Shown in pieces: positions 37,226 through 37,962 of a stretch of DNA of 37,962 bases (the stretch's first letter is position 1; every line of letters starts with the position of its first letter). The stretch is from Candidatus Methylomirabilis sp. Lineage in GTDB: Bacteria; Methylomirabilota; Methylomirabilia; Methylomirabilales; Methylomirabilaceae. Position numbers and translations under genes: made by a program. The notes below the pieces were generated by a model. It saw only the letters and a list, made by a program, of their open reading frames with translations, did no database searches and was not told the DNA's origin. The stretch covers positions 1 to 37,962 of the forward strand of contig JBGQJI010000005.1 of assembly GCA_041498975.1 (NCBI GenBank). Reading direction: 5' to 3'.

Positions 37226-37962
37226 ATGGCGCACCTGATCTGTGAGGTCGTGTACCGGGGCATTTTCCAGAAGAACCTGGCCTCCCGAATCACGCGAGGG
37301 ATTGTGCTCTCAGCTCGCAAGTCCGGAAGGTGGGGAATCGCTTTCGGCCGCTACGGTGACAGTCCCCAGCGGAACGGGGTCCCCGCGAAGGACTTCGCCA
37401 TCGTGGCGGACACTCAGGAAGAGCTGGAGCAGAACATGGCTCGGTACGAGCCTAAGGAGGTGGACGTCACCATCTGCGTCGATGACACCCTCTTTAAAGG
37501 CGTCGAGTCGTGGGCCTGGTACGGGCTCCAGCCCATCAACGCGCTCACAGTCCCTAATGGCACCGTGCTGGTGACCTCCACGCAAAGCTGTGACGAGCTC
37601 CTGAAGGACGCCCACCGCAAGAAGACCCCATATAACCTTTCCATCCTTCCCGGAAAGGCCTCCTTTGCCGGCCTGTGGGTGTACAAGGAGGATCACACCG
37701 AGGTGCGGGTCCTCGGGGCGTTGGCCAAGATCGCCCCCAAGTTTCTCACCATCGAGGCGGTCTCGGAGGCGATCAAGGCGGCCGAGTGGGGCTCCGACCT
37801 GAAGGTCCAGTCGGCCCGAAAGGCGTACGACCGACTGCAGGTCCGGGCGGTGATGCCACACGAGGGGAACCCTGAAACCCCCTACTCCTTCACGCTACCC
37901 AAGTGGTGGGAGATGCGCGAGGGCGTCAGCATTCCGTCGCTTCCGATCGGCAAGCCCATCGA
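37226..37962 (+). CDS. 2-oxoacid:ferredoxin oxidoreductase gamma(-delta)-type subunit (3' end runs off the window)
   Basis: Manual translation from ATG 37226 (GGGGAGG RBS): MAHLICEVVYRGIFQKNLASRITRGIVLSARKSGRWGIAFGRYGDSPQRNGVPAK...VDVTICVDDTL...NGTVLVTS. Recognised by pattern as PFOR gamma-like; open to the window end. Confidence 0.65.
   Translation, partial: MAHLICEVVYRGIFQKNLASRITRGIVLSARKSGRWGIAFGRYGDSPQRNGVPAKDFAIVADTQEELEQNMARYEPKEVDVTICVDDTLFKGVESWAWYGLQPINALTVPNGTVLVTSTQSCDELLKDAHRKKTPYNLSILPGKASFAGLWVYKEDHTEVRVLGALAKIAPKFLTIEAVSEAIKAAEWGSDLKVQSARKAYDRLQVRAVMPHEGNPETPYSFTLPKWWEMREGVSIPSLPIGKPI

Overview
GC-rich bacterial chromosomal window. Nearly all genes are housekeeping genes on the minus strand. 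In transcription order: PAP2 phosphatase - ArnT-like glycosyltransferase - polyprenyl synthase - lepA (split by one in-frame TAG) - lepB - hemW - [CIRCE] hrcA - grpE - dnaJ (no dnaK) - prmA - rsmE - polA - coaE - rho - rpmE - prfA - prmC - murA - hisG/D/C/B/H/A/F/IE - HIT - rpsU - yqeY - mutS2 - dnaG (runs off the left end). The right end carries plus-strand genes: a HAMP sensor kinase, a REC-ANTAR regulator and a truncated 2-oxoacid:ferredoxin oxidoreductase-type subunit with a likely GntR/FadR operator. The gene order resembles deltaproteobacteria/Nitrospira/NC10-type genomes (unverified inference). The most unusual signal is at least 11 degenerate 7-bp repeat arrays from three sequence families, nearly all built as inverted-repeat hairpins. 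They occur between genes and also in frame inside HisF, PrmC, PrmA, GrpE, HemW, HisD and HisC. A separate family of MITE-like elements with TAGTGCCGTTCCAA-type ends occurs three times, once at the polA TAG stop codon and once inside the predicted rpmE 5' leader.
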